Origin: Bugula neritina
Lineage: Eukaryota > Animalia > Bryozoa
DNA: 64,000 nucleotides
Direction of reading: 5' to 3'
Assembly: GCA_964035545.1 (NCBI GenBank)
Contig: OZ037771.1
Span: 248,001-312,000 of the forward strand
The position numbers were made by a program, and so were the translations under genes. Position 1 is the stretch's first letter; each line of letters opens with the position of its first letter. A model generated the notes under the pieces. The model was given only the letters and a program-made list of their open reading frames with translations, did no database searches and was not told the DNA's origin. Below are positions 37,992 to 51,491 of this stretch, one piece after another.

Positions 37992-39222
37992 GGTAGTATG
38001 GAGTAGTATAGACTATAATACAATACTGTAGCAGTAATAGCTATAATATATTCCCACAGCTCATACACACATGAATGTAATAACTTGCAGCTGTAACGCA
38101 CAACTTTTTAATAAGTCAATGATTTTATAATTTAAAATAAAAATAAGGCACTACTTATTGTAAGTAAACCTGGAATTGAAAATACATAATGATGAAGAGT
38201 TAGGTATGGATTAAGGACACAGAATACAAGACAGTATGAGTATATGAAATGTTATATTTGCACCTCACATTATTATTGTAATATTAATAGCATATATTAT
38301 TATTACTATCATACCTTAATACAACAGCACTTCACCTGTAGACTGATGGAGTATTACTGAGATAGTTACCTGTAGCTAGTTACCTGTAGCTAGTTACCTG
38401 TAGCTAGCTGATAAAGGACTACTGAGCTAGAGTACTACTGAGCTAGAATGTTAGCATGCAACACCTGTGTTTATGTTGAGGGTATATGCTGGTAACTGAT
38501 AGCATAGCAGCAGCTTAGCTGGTGGTTACACAATGCAGTGATGAAAGAGCACCTATGGGCTATTGTTTACACAGCACTTGCACTACCCACTACCACCCAG
38601 CCTGCCTGCATTAAAGTAGTTTACTAACAAGAGAAGATGACTTCAACAAACAATGAATAGTAGGCCTATTTATCAATCATCTCAATGTAGATTTTCTGTA
38701 AGTATTATATATAATAGCATTGCAAATATACTGTATTATAGATATGCTGTATTATAAATATACTGTATTATAGATATACTGTATTATAGATATGATATAC
38801 TGTATTATAGATGTACTGTACTATATATATACTGTACTATAGATGTACTGTATTATAGATATACTGTATTATATATATACTGTACTATAAATAAAAAGAT
38901 CACATAAACTGTGCGAATGCATTTCAATTTCAAAATAAATATAAAACTGTAGTTGCCTTTCCATGTTAAAACTATGTACAGATAATCCCAGAAACAGACA
39001 TAATTAAAATGTAACTGAATTTCCTTAAATGTTACATATAACCCTACAAGCCATATAGACTTACTCATAGCTAGAGATGGCTTTACTGGGTACAAATAAT
39101 TATATTTTAAGGCTACACTCCACTACTACTGTTAGTAGGAGAGTTAGTCACAATGTCACATGACTAGTCACGAAGTCACATGACCAGTACAGTTGCAGAG
39201 TACATCTACCAATGCTAGATGG

Positions 39223-41369
39223 TCATCTAGTCACTGGATTGCCAGATGGAAACAGAGTCAGCAGTTTCTGTCCTCTCAGAGAGAAGAGCTCATGTTCTGC
39301 AGATCCCCTCTGATGTCACTCAGCTGGGCCTCCAGCTCCTTCAGCTCTTTCAGTCTGCAGTCAAGATGAACTTCCAACTGCTTCTCCTGCAACACCAGTC
39401 AGCAAGGTGTCAGCAGTAAAGTGTCAGAGTAAACTGTCAGCAGTAAAGTATCAGAGTAAAGTGTCAGCAGTAAAGTGTCAGAGTAAACTGTCAGCAGTAA
39501 AGTACCAGAGTAAACTGACAGCAGTAAAGTATCAGAGTAAACTGTCAGCAGTAAAGTAGCTTTAGTACCTGAGCCTTATGTAGGAATAAAATCAATACTT
39601 TTTATAAACTTGTGATACGCATCAACATTGATAGAAAAGACGACAGTGAACTAACTTCCAGTATTTTATCAAAGATGGATCTACATTCTGTGATGGAGAC
39701 GGACGTGTCAGATGCATGTCGGTGACAGTCGTCAGCAGGTAGTAACACGTGTGCTGGCACATGGAAGTGTTGCCTGTGCAGTGAACACTACAGATACATA
39801 CAGTAGAGATACATACAGTATAGAGGAGTAATACATACAGTATAGAGGAGTAATACATACAGTATAGAGGAGTAATACATACAGTATAGAGGAGTAATAC
39901 ATACAGTATAGAGGAGTAATACATACAGTATAGAGGAGTAATACATACAGTATAGAGGAGTAATACATACAGTATAGAGGAGTAATACATACAGTATAGA
40001 GGAGTAATACATACAGTATAGAGGAGTAATACATACAGTATAGAGGAGTAATACATACAGTATAGAGGAGTAATACATACAGTATAGAGGAGTTTAATAC
40101 ATACAGTATAGAGGAGTAATACATACAGTATAGAGGAGTAATACATACAGTATAGAGGAGTAATACATACAGTATAGAGGAGTAATACATACAGTATAGA
40201 GGAGTAATACATACAGTATAGAGGAGTAATACATACAGTATAGAGGAGTAATACATACAGTATAGAGGAGTAATACATACAGTATAGAGGAGTAATACAT
40301 ACAGTATAGAGGAGTAATACATACAGTATAGAGGAGTAATACATACAGTATAGAGGAGTAATACATACAGTATAGAGGAGTAATACATACAGTATAGAGG
40401 AGTAATACATACAGTATAGAGGAGTTTAATACATACAGTATAGAGGAGTAATACATACAGTATAGAGGAGTAATACATACAGTATAGAGGAGTAATACAT
40501 ACAGTATAGAGGAGTAATACATACAGTATAGAGGAGTAATACATACAGTATAGAGGAGTAATACATACAGTATAGAGGAGTAATACATACAGTATAGAGG
40601 AGTAATACATACAGCACAGAGATATACCTACGCAGTTGATACACATCATAACTCACCCACAACACATTGAATGCATGTCCAACAAATCCATTGTCCTTCA
40701 AATTATCTGTTCCTTCTCCAAACAAGTACTTCTCAATTCCTTTAAACCCCTGTTTGATTATTTTCTTATTTTCAGCTTTCTAAAAGATGCAACAGCAGTT
40801 ACTGTTAGACATTATATGAAGCAACAGGCCCTAACCACATAGTTTATTCACTCTACAGTCTACTTATTTCTTGAGGTAAACATATACAACATACACAGTA
40901 TGCTTGTTTGAAAGTGATACTTCATACCTCCAGTAATACGCCTTTCATTTCCTCCAACGCCTCACCACAATGACCTCTAAATATCTTCTCCACTAAAACA
41001 CATCCGCACTTTGCGAATCAACAATACTATTTACAGTAAAACTAAACTGTATATTTACAGCAAAACTAAAGCAAGATCAAAATACCTTTACAAGCAAGTG
41101 ATGAATACAAATTTAGTTTATTTATGGATAGGAATTTAGTTAAACAAAGATGGTGTAGAGTTTGCAGAGCTGGATACACTGGAAACTAAATACTATTGCA
41201 TGTACTTGCCTTGCTGAGTAAACTGGTCACAAGTTATTCCATGGTGCTGCGCATTGTAACTTTCCTCTGAAAATATTTTGCGATATTTTTCTCTGGTTGA
41301 TCCCAAATCAGACATACTAGCTGCTACCTACAAAGCCAAATTCCGAGATGCAACGCTCTTACTTATCAT
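39223..41369 (-). CDS. MIS12: Probable kinetochore protein MIS12 homolog (divergent)
   Basis: Exons 41369-41363, 41266-41210 (GC donor), ~40992-40928, ~40779-40657, 39787-~39656, 39387-39223 join in frame. SYNAQHHGIT resembles the MIS12 N-terminal YEAQFFGFT. HFHVPAHVLLPADD resembles MIS12 LRIPSNILLPEDK. A C-terminal coiled coil and a ~190-aa size also fit. Identity is low and judged from memory. Confidence 0.55.
39810..40613. repeat. 22-bp intronic minisatellite (ACATACAGTATAGAGGAGTAAT), ~36 copies
   Basis: Fills the intron and decays into the acceptor at 39788. Confidence 0.97.
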
Positions 41370-42996
41370 GTGTCGAGTCTTGATATGCTCATTCTATGCC
41401 TGGTAGCACAACAAATCTTAGACATGTAATGCATAGTATTATATTGGTAATTTATTGATGCTTTACATATCAACATTAGGTGAAACTGAGTAGCAATTAT
41501 GATAATAATTGGTATAATTATGTATAGTTATTATAATTATACTTCTTTTTATTGTTATTTATATTAATCATATTAATTATTTAATTTAAATTAAAATGAT
41601 TGTGAATATTGCAGATAAAATTAAAAAATATAGACAAGTGTAAAAAATTTTTGTTTTCAAATTTTACCAATTACAACAGTGAATCATTAAATATATGTAA
41701 TACTGTTAGCTCTTCAAATTAATTTCTAGTTGCTCAATCTTAATAAGTTAATTTATACAATAATTATTTTCTATCTGAGTGTTAGAAGAGTAAACTTTGA
41801 TTAGTCAGCAACTCAATTCAAATGCTAATACTATACTACTAGTACAAGTTGAAGTATACTGTATAGTGAACTACATATTTTATATTTAGTTAACATTAAA
41901 TTTTATATTGCTTCGAGGCTAAAACCTTAACGTACAGTTACTGTAAGTTTAACTGTAAGATAACGACAAAATCCAATTCAACGTGAAACTGAAAGTCAAA
42001 GTTTAAGTGTGTTTGTTAGTGTTACTTTTAACCTTAAGCCTAGGCCTAGCCCTGAGAGTGAGAGTAAGGGCTAAGGCTTAAACTTAAACTTAAAGTTAAA
42101 CTTAAACTAAAACTTAGAGTTAAACTTAATGTTATCTTGAGACTTTCATTTAAATTTTTTCGATATTTGAATTAAAAAACGCAGCTAAACATTAAACTGA
42201 CTATTAAATTAAATAATTACAAACATTTAGTTACTTGATTTAATATATTAATATTTTAATTTAATGATTGAAATTCACTTGCAGTTACACTTACTGTAAC
42301 TTGACCGAGTTCGGCGTTGAAAATTTCGCGCACTGTCACTCAAATTTGTGCACCTGTTACATAGTTTTATCTTTTTATGTGGATTTTATCCGTTTACCTG
42401 CACACTGCAATTTAGGACTATACTTGATACCGATATGAGCCGCAGTGCCTAGTCTCCACCTCATTGGCTGTAGCCAAAGTGATGTACATGTATATGCCCT
42501 TTAACCTTTCGATGTTCTCAAAAAGATTGTCATGCATTCACTGTAGGAGATAGTGTTAACTCATTGATATTGCTATTTAGATTAATTTACGAATGGTGCT
42601 AAGATAATTATTTTTTCAATTTCACAATTTATGAACATTCATAATCGAAATTACATTAAATGTAATATTAATATCACTTTAATTTATAGTTACCATAATA
42701 ATCTGAATCGTAAAGATGACCAAGTCTTAGAGTTAGTCACATTCATACTGATACTGATACTCACTATCATACTGGTACTCATAGTCATAGTGATTAATCT
42801 AATCACCAAGTCTAGTGCGTAATGAGTATCATTGTAAATAATTATTTTTGTAACTATTGTAATCATAATAGTTAGAATGTAAAACCAAATCAAAATTTAA
42901 TCATAATGATAATGATAATGTAGAACTAGGAATAGCTGCGGTAATATTAATATTATGATGTTTTCTTGATTATCATAAGTCTAAGATTGTTTGTAG

Positions 42997-45900
42997 ATGG
43001 CACTGCATTGGGGTGAATATGCTGACAGTCATTCGTGTGCTGACCTGTTGTCTCCCCATGACTTCCTTTTGTCAAGTTATAAAATACCAGCGGAGTCTGC
43101 TTCTAATGTTCCTCCTACCTTCAAGATAAAAGATGAAGAAAGGCTGCCAAGGTTTGTGAATGTAATTCGCCTTTAAACTGCATATGGTCTCTGTACCAAC
43201 TTACAAAATCTTCTCTTAATATTGCTGAAACTATCTAAACCTGTAGCAAATCAAACTACAGAGGCCAGCCGTGGTAAACTTCATGTTCTCATTTAGCCTG
43301 TCAAAATCATATGCATATGACTTGGTATTGCTTTACATAAAACACTAGGTTGTTTGCGTTTTTGAGTATCTCTGTTTTATTGCAACTGTTTGTAAGATAC
43401 TGTTTCATGTGCTAATATTTTTACTCTTTTCAATGGAATGAGTTACTTTTAGCAATCAAGTTGGTGTCAATCGTGGAATAGTTGAACACACAATACAACT
43501 GGAGCAATATCGCTCTAAACTCCATACTTTGATCGGTGTGGCGGTACAACAGCTGGCTGAGTCAGGAGTGAGTACACATTTTCAGAATAGTAAGCAGATG
43601 CTGCGCTATGTAGACCTGTGTGGGCAGATAACTCCTGTGAGCTGTAACTTGTGTTGCAGGTAGAACAGACAACTCCTGACATACAAGAATGTCCTTCACC
43701 TCCACCCTGTTCCAGCTGCCACCACCTACAGTCGAAATATGCAGATGTTTCTAACAGGTTAGTTTGTGATGGTCTCATCTGTCATGTTCCATCGGTATGT
43801 CTGTGCATGTGATAACATGTGGTAACCACGTGTTATCACATGTGATGGTAACCATGTGGTAGCTATGTGATAACCACGTGATAACATGTGATGGTAACCA
43901 TGTGGTAGCTATGTGATAACCATGTGATAACCATGTGGTAACCATGTGGTAACCATGTGGTAACCATGTGATAACATGTGATGGTAACCATGTATACTGC
44001 AGAGACTTCATCAGAGGTGTGGGAAAAGCCCCAGACAAGGTGACTCCATCTACTTGCAACCACCTGCTGAGACAGGCTGTAGCCCAGCTTGCCCTGCATC
44101 AGGGCTATGAAGGTAAGCTTCTACTCCTTTACATGCTGCCGTATTCCTTTACATGCTGCCGTATTCCTCTACATGCTGCCGTATTCCTCTACATGCTGCC
44201 GTATTCCTCTACATGCTGCCGTATTCCTCTACATGCTGCCGTATTCCTTTACATGCTGCCGTATTCCTCTACATGCTGCCGTATTCCTCTACATGCTGCC
44301 GTATTCCTTTACATGCTACCGTACTCCTTTACATGCTACTGTATTCCTTTACATGCTGCTGTAGAAGCAGCTCCATCAGCGTTGGATGCTCTCACAGGTG
44401 CCTGTCAGGTGTTCTACAAGAAGCTGCTGTCTCAACTACGACACAATGTTGACATGGAGAGAGAGCATGGCTATACTGGTTTCCAGGTGAGTCTTTAGAG
44501 ACTAGCTGACAGGTGAGACTAGCTGACAGGTGAGTAGAGACTAACTAACAGGTGAGTAGAGACTAGCTAACAGGTGAGACTAGCTGACAGGTGAGACTAG
44601 CTGACAGGTGAGACTAGCTGACAGGTGAGACTAGCTGACAGGTGAGACTAGCTGACAGGTGAGACTAGCTGACAGGTGAGACTAGCTGACAAGTGAGACT
44701 AGCTGACAAGTGAGACTAGCTGACAAGTGAGACTAGCTGACAAGTGAGTAGACATTTGATATGTATTATATTATAGAGAAGACAACTCTGTAACATTTCT
44801 CCCACAGGACTGTATGCACCGGACACTGGCCCAAGTGGGACACAGAGACCTCAGTCACTTGCTCTCAGACTACCATCACAGCACTGCACTCCGACACAGC
44901 AGACTAGTGACCACCTGTGCTGACCTCCACGCTGCCTACCGGGATATTCAGAGGACGAGGGAGGTTCCAGAGCAGCTGTTCACTCTCATTCCATCTCTCA
45001 GCAGGTGCAAACTTTACTACTACTACTTCACAATACACTGTAGTGCATGTGTTCACAATACACGCTGTCATACTGTAGTGCATGTGTTCACAATACACGC
45101 TGTCATACTGTAGTGCATGTGTTCACAATACACGCTGTCATACTGTGATATATGTGTTCACAATACACGCTGTCATACTGTAGTGCATGTGTTCACAATA
45201 CATGCTGTCATACTGTAGTGCATGTGTTCACAATACACGCTGTCATACTGTGATATATGTGTTCACAATACACGCTGTCATACTGTGATATATGTGTTCA
45301 CAATACACGCTGTCATACTGTGATATATGTGTTCACAATACATGCTGTCATACTGTAGTGCATGTGTTCACAATACACGCTGTCATACTGTGGTATATGT
45401 GTTCACAGAGACTACCACTCGACTGTGCTGTCGCTCTCGGATAATGACGATAAATCTGAAGGCAGCGGCAATGTTGTTGAGCTGGAAGACGTATTGGGTG
45501 AAGACAACGACGCAGAGAAGCTATTGGAGTTAGCAGGTAAATATCTATCTGTCTAGCACCTTTCTATAACCTCTCTCTCACCATTATCTATGCTTTGTCA
45601 TCTATGCTCTACAATATATACACTCTATAATATATACACTCTATAATATATACACTCTATAATATATACACTCTACAATATACACACTCTATGATATATA
45701 CACTCTATGATATATACACTCTATAATAATACACTCTGTAATATATACACTCTATAATATATACACTCTATAATATATACACTCTATAATATATACACTC
45801 TATAATATATACACTCTATAATATATACACTCTATAATATATACACTCTATAATATATACACTCTATAATATATACACTCTATAATATATACACTCTACA

Positions 45901-47562
45901 ATATATACACTCTATAATATATACACTCTATAATATACACACTCTATGATATATACACTCTATGATATATACACTCTATAATATACACACTCTACAATAT
46001 ATACACTCTATAATATATACACTCTATAATATACACACTCTATGATATATACACTCTATGATATATACACTCTATAATATACACACTCTACAATATATAC
46101 ACTCTATAATATATACACTCTATAATATACACACTCTATAATATATACACTCTATAATATATACACTCTATGATATATACATGGTTGTGTATCTATCCAC
46201 CCATACACTATCAGAATCTTAAATTCTGCAATTAATGTTAAACTCGGTTGTTGACTTTCATCATTTCGTTGCTGATGTTAGGTTTGAGTGGATTCGATAT
46301 CACAATAGAGCCGGAGACATTGCAACAAGTGGAGGATATAGTCAGGTAACACAGGCTATATATAGTCAGGTAATGCAGGCTATATATAGTCAGGTAATGC
46401 AGGCTATATATAGTCAGGTAATGCAGGCTATATATAGTCAGGTAATGCAGGCTATATATAGTCAGGTAACACAGGCTATATATAGTCAGGTAACACAGGC
46501 TATATATAGTCAGGTAACACAGGCTATATATAGTCAGGTAATGCAGGCTATATATAGTCAGGTAATGCAGGCTATATATAGTCAGGTAATGCAGGCTATA
46601 TATAGTCAGGTAACGCAGGCTATGAGCATGTATGTAGTTTATAACAACTTTAAACTGTTTTTTAATATTTCATGTTGTTGTTATCCGCAACTAATTCATT
46701 ACTATGTTTAGTTTTCTAAGGTGGCTACAAACTACACTCAGTTGAAGTTACTAAACACATCTGGTTCGTATCTCAGTTGAAACTTTCAATATTTCAGTAC
46801 TTTTGTCGAAGAACCTCTGAGGCCGGCGGGTAAAAGCAAGTCTAAGGGGAAGGCATTGTCAAGTTCAGCTAAAAGGTGGGCTGTGTACTATGATAGTCGT
46901 GTAATATGGAGCATTTGTTGTAGCATTATCAACATCCATGTGTCTATGGTAATCATTAGCTATGGTGACGATGGCTATAGAAGAAGCTGTAAACTTGTCA
47001 GTTTAAATGAAAACATTTATGGAATGTAGTATGTGTTTGCCAAATCCTTCTCTCAATATCAGTGGGAATGTTTAGCCTTGCCGTGCTAGATTAGCTCTGC
47101 AATATTCCTCACATGTTATTCAAACACGCCCTCACACTCTCAGCTATCAATCACTTGCTAAACCAGGATTATAACTCCTGGTGACTCATAATACAATATG
47201 AGTCATGATACTAACAGCTGTACTCATTTACCTCACTCAACCTACACTCTACACTGTACCCTGACTCAACCTACACTCTACACTGTACCTTACTAATCTA
47301 CACTCTACACAGTACCTTACTAACCTACACTCTACACTGTACCATCACTCAACCTACACTCTACACTGTACCCTGACTCAACCTACACTCTACACTGTAC
47401 CTTACTAACCTACACTCTACACAGTACCCTCACTCAACCTACACTCTACACTGTACCATCACTCAACCTACACTCTACACTGTACCCTGACTCAACCTAC
47501 ACTCTACACTGTACCTTACTAACCTACACTTTATACTGTTTTATAGGCGGAAAAAAAGCTAA
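42997..47562 (+). CDS. SUPT7L: SAGA/STAGA subunit SUPT7L (STAF65-gamma)
   Basis: Exons 42997-43151, 43453-43567, 43660-43757, 44003-44112, 44365-44486, 44808-45004, 45409-45536, 46282-46345, 46798-46875, 47547-47562. MALHWGE, HTIQLEQYRSKLHTLI, DFIRGVG, CNHLLRQAVAQLALHQGYE...ALDALT, VDMEREHGYTGFQDCM match SUPT7L blocks (YWGE, HTIQL, DFYRGKG, CRQLLYQAVA, VDREARLGQTPFPDVM). The C-terminal exons are less certain. Confidence 0.85.
43806..43993. repeat. ~11-bp self-complementary-rich repeat (CATGTGGTAAC/CATGTGATAAC)
   Basis: Ends ~9 bp before the acceptor at 44002. Confidence 0.85.
44124..44364. repeat. 20-bp minisatellite ending at a SUPT7L acceptor, ~12 copies
   Basis: TCCT(C/T)TACATGCTGCCGTAT; the final unit ends ...GCTGCTGTAG. 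Confidence 0.95.
44499..44752. repeat. 17-bp minisatellite containing CAG|GTGAG
   Basis: GACTAGCTGACAGGTGA, ~14 copies, 12 bp after the donor CAG|GTGAGT at 44486/7. Confidence 0.93.
45030..45408. repeat. 35-bp minisatellite ending at a SUPT7L acceptor, ~10 copies
   Basis: TGTGTTCACAATACACGCTGTCATACTGTAGTGCA; the final unit ends TGTGTTCACAG. Confidence 0.95.
45608..46180. repeat. 16-bp minisatellite (CTCTATAATATATACA), ~35 copies
   Basis: Tandem periodicity. Confidence 0.95.
46336..46622. repeat. 24-bp minisatellite containing exon end + donor, ~12 copies
   Basis: ATATAGTCAG|GTAA(TG/CA)CAGGCTAT. Confidence 0.95.
47230..47540. repeat. ~27-30 bp intronic repeat (AACCTACACTCTACACTGTACC...)
   Basis: About 11 copies ending just before the acceptor at 47546. 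Confidence 0.88.
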
Positions 47563-48254
47563 AGTTGGCCAATCATCTCTTTGTAAGCAGACGAACAGTT
47601 GCATATGGGGAGAGTCTTTGAAATAATATGTGATTGCATTAAGTTGTAAAGAGTTGTGTCACCTTGTACAGAGTTGTGTCACCTTGATGCTGTAATAGAT
47701 ATACTATACTATACAATTATACAAATAAACTATTGGGAAACTCTAACTACTGTGTCTATTATCATCTCTATTACTCTAAGAAAGACTGCAAGCAGTAGAA
47801 TAGCCGTGAAGTGTAACAATTCTCCACCATATTACTCATAAGTCATGACGGGCAAGTCGGACCTGTACACCTACTTATACAAAGATATTATCGTATGCCA
47901 CTTCCTATAGCAATAGTTGCTTCCTTTTGAACCAAGCGAGTGATAGAGGAGATACCTTGTGCTGATATTTGCTGTCTCGTCAGCCATCATCGGAACTAGT
48001 TGCAGTTCCTGCTCTAAGAATGCTGAGAAATTCCATGTATATCTGAGCATATTAGATGGAAGTGTGTCTCCATTGCCCCGCCCCCTTCTCTCTTACTACT
48101 GACAATATTCTGTTTCCATACCTCTACACATTAGCAATGCTATGACCTCTGTTTAACTTTTAAGCTCAAGAAGGGTGGAACGGTGACAATGTTGTGACCG
48201 AACTGTTACATGGTACTACGCCCTGTTACTCTCATTACATCCTTCAATGAGTAT

Positions 48255-48533
48255 ATACACACATACAGGTACTGATTGCACACATACAGGTACTGATTGC
48301 ACACATACAGGTACTGAATGCACACACACAGCTACTGAATGCATACATACAGCTACTGAGTACACGCATAGGTACTGAGTACACACATACAGGTACTGAA
48401 TGCACACATACAGGTACTGAATGCACACATACAGGTACTGAGTACACACATACAGGTACTGAGTACACACATACAGGTACTGAATGCACACATACAGGTA
48501 CTGAATGCACACATACAGGTACTGAATGCACAC
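48255..48533. repeat. 21-bp repeat (CACACATACAGGTACTGAATG), ~13 copies
   Basis: Tandem periodicity. Confidence 0.92.
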
Positions 48534-49151
48534 GTGGAATCGGAGAGGGTTACAGAGCTGGTTAATTGGTAATTTGTCAGTATGTTACAGGCATGCCGAG
48601 ATTAGGCAGTTTCCATGACAACGGGAGGAATTTTTACAGATGACAATGCAATATGATGCACATAACTCGGTTCCATAATCTGATTTATTACCTTTCTTCT
48701 CTCCTCTACAGCAACTAGAGTGCAGTGCTCTACCCTCTCCTTGCTTCACTAACTACTGATAGAGGCATAATTGTTTCTAGAACACCTTAATAGTAGGTTG
48801 TGTTGGTTTACTGGTGTGTACTCAAATCATCTATCTCACTCCTCCTCTAACTCACAGAAGATCTACAGAAGATCTACAGAAGATCCACAGAAGATCTACA
48901 GAAGATCCACAGAAGATCCACAGAAGATCCACCTACTCAGAAGCATATACTTGTCTTGGATAACTTGATCTCAAAGTGTTTTGAAACAGTCACAGTCCTG
49001 GTGAGTAAAAAGTCAAAAGGTGGAAATGTTATTCGTGTATGGTTATTTGCAGATATACTTTGTTGAAAGGCAACTATCAGTAGCGTCTTTCTTCTGTACC
49101 CTATAAGCACGTCATGTATGCTTATGACTACACACACACACATGCACGCAT

Positions 49152-49470
49152 TGTCTCTCTTAATGTCACACTGTCTCTCTTAATATCACACTGTTTCTCT
49201 TAATGTCACACTGTCTCTCTTAATGTCACACTGTTTCCCTTACTGTCACACTGTCTCTCTTACTGTCACACTGTTTCTCTTAATGTCACACTGTCTCTCT
49301 TACTGTCACACTGTCTCTCCTAATGTCACACTGTCTCTCTTACTGTCACAATGTCTCTCTTAATGTCACACTGTCTCTCTTACTGTCACACTGTCTCTCT
49401 TACTGTCACACTGTCTCTCTTACTGTCACACTGTTTCTCTTACTGTCACACTGTTTCTCTTACTGTCACA
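49152..49470. repeat. 20-bp repeat (TGTCTCTCTTA(A/C)TGTCACAC), ~16 copies
   Basis: Tandem periodicity. Confidence 0.92.
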
Positions 49471-50349
49471 ACTGCTGCAGAAGTATTGAAGCTGTTATTA
49501 TGTATACAGATAAAGATAACGCTACATTACATTTTATACATGACTTATTATTAAAATGCATGTCGGATTATGAAGGTTAAAGGATAATCTATCAGATAGA
49601 AATGAAGCTTTCTGTTTGCTCTACTCGCTTATCTAAATTCCACAGTTTATATACTCTTTACTCTTTGCTCTATGCATAATATACTATACATTATACACTC
49701 TTTGTTCTTTACATTATATACTATACATTATACACTTTTTGTTCTTTACATTATATACTATACATTATACACTCTTTGTTCTTTACCCTATACAGTATAC
49801 ACTGTACATTACACATTCTTCACTCTATACAGCCTACACTATACATTATACACTATATACTCTATATATAATATACTATACACTACATACTATATATACC
49901 ATCTGTTCTGTACTGTTCTATACACTCTTGTAGCGCTGGGTTACATTTAGCTACATAAGATAATAATGTATAATATATTTAAAAATAACACCTGCTATTG
50001 TTCAAATTATTCCTAGTTTTATCTAGAAATAATCATAAATAAATTGCAAGGTTTGATTATAAATTTACAAAATTATTATGAAATAGATAACATGAGATAA
50101 CATATAACTCCATACTACAACTATAAACTGTAACTATATTACTATGCTTCAACACCTAGCTATTACTAAGTTCTGTACGAGTGAGGACGCAGTGAGACCT
50201 CACTTTGTGTGGTACAATCACATGCAAATCATTAGACTATATTTATACACAACTATGCAGTGGGAAAACCTATCAACACAGAAAGAGCATTGCAATGTGA
50301 TTTGTAAGAGCACTCTTCCTCTCCACCAGCTTAATCATTCAGCATACAT

Positions 50350-50511
50350 CCAGTCAAACCTCTAGCTGGTGTAAACCCAGCCAAACCTCTAGCTAGTGTA
50401 AACCCAGCTAAACCTCTAGCTGGTGTAAACCCAGCTAAATCTCTAGCTAGTGTAAACCCAGCTAAACCTCTAGCTAGTGTAAACCCAGCTAAATCTCTAG
50501 CTGGTGTAAAC
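50350..50511. repeat. 27-bp repeat (CCAGCTAAACCTCTAGCTAGTGTAAAC), ~6 copies
   Basis: Tandem periodicity. Confidence 0.9.
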
Positions 50512-51491
50512 AACAGAACTACCTTTCATTCTGGAAATATTACGCCTTTAGATTTCCACTGCTACCCTTCCTTAGAGTTGATAACTCTTAGAAAAATTCA
50601 GCAAGTATTTTACCCAGTCATTACCACTTCCAGCTATACAAGTTTATACTGTGTTGCGACTATAGGAGCTACTTTGCTTGTACTCAGCTGGCTGCCCATT
50701 TTCACAGAGATTACAAACTAGATTGTATTGGTCGGTTGGCATAAACTATTTCACGAGTAATTACTCCAGAACTCACACGGCTGCTTGATTAAAGCCTCCA
50801 ACAGTTTAATGTCTCTGTAGAATACTCCCTTATAATCTATAATGTGGTCTATAGTCTACAGTCTACACTATAAACTCTATACTCTACAATCTATACTCTA
50901 TACTATAAACTCTATACTCTATACTCTACAGTCTATACTCTACACTATAGTATTCCTACTCTTTACTATGAACTCTACAGTCTACACTATACACTATAAA
51001 CTCTATACTCTACAGTCTACACTATACTATACTCTATACTCTACAGTCTACACTATACTATAAACTCTATACTCTACAGTCTATACTATACTATACTCTA
51101 TACTCTACAGTCTACGCTATACTATAAACTCTATACTCTACAGTCTATACTATACTATACTATACTCTACAGTCTACACTATATACTTTTTTTGGAATGT
51201 TGTATTGTGCTGTAATGTCAATGTATTTTATGGGTTTACATATCATAATAATAATTTTAAAGCTAGCTATTGATACATGTGTTGACAATATTGAACCTAG
51301 CACATAGTTTAGTTAGCTGTATATATAAGTATATCATAGCTGTGATTGTATGTTATATCAAATAATTAGAATATATAGATGAACCATGATTAGATGTAGC
51401 TGCTTACATACCAAGTATGTTGCCAGGTGCCCTTCTTGAGAGACCTCCTACATCACATCTCTGACCAATCACTGTACAGAGTAGCAGAGAG

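Noticed and set aside
42455-42480. U4 snRNA-like AGCCAATGAGG
   Set aside because: The flanks do not match U4; it is more simply a CCAAT box.
47840-48240. Possible small spliced minus-strand ORF (YTWNFSAFLEQELQLVPMMADETANISTR|CTGPTCPS*)
   Set aside because: The upstream exon gives an in-frame stop, no homology was recognised, and it may be chance or non-coding.
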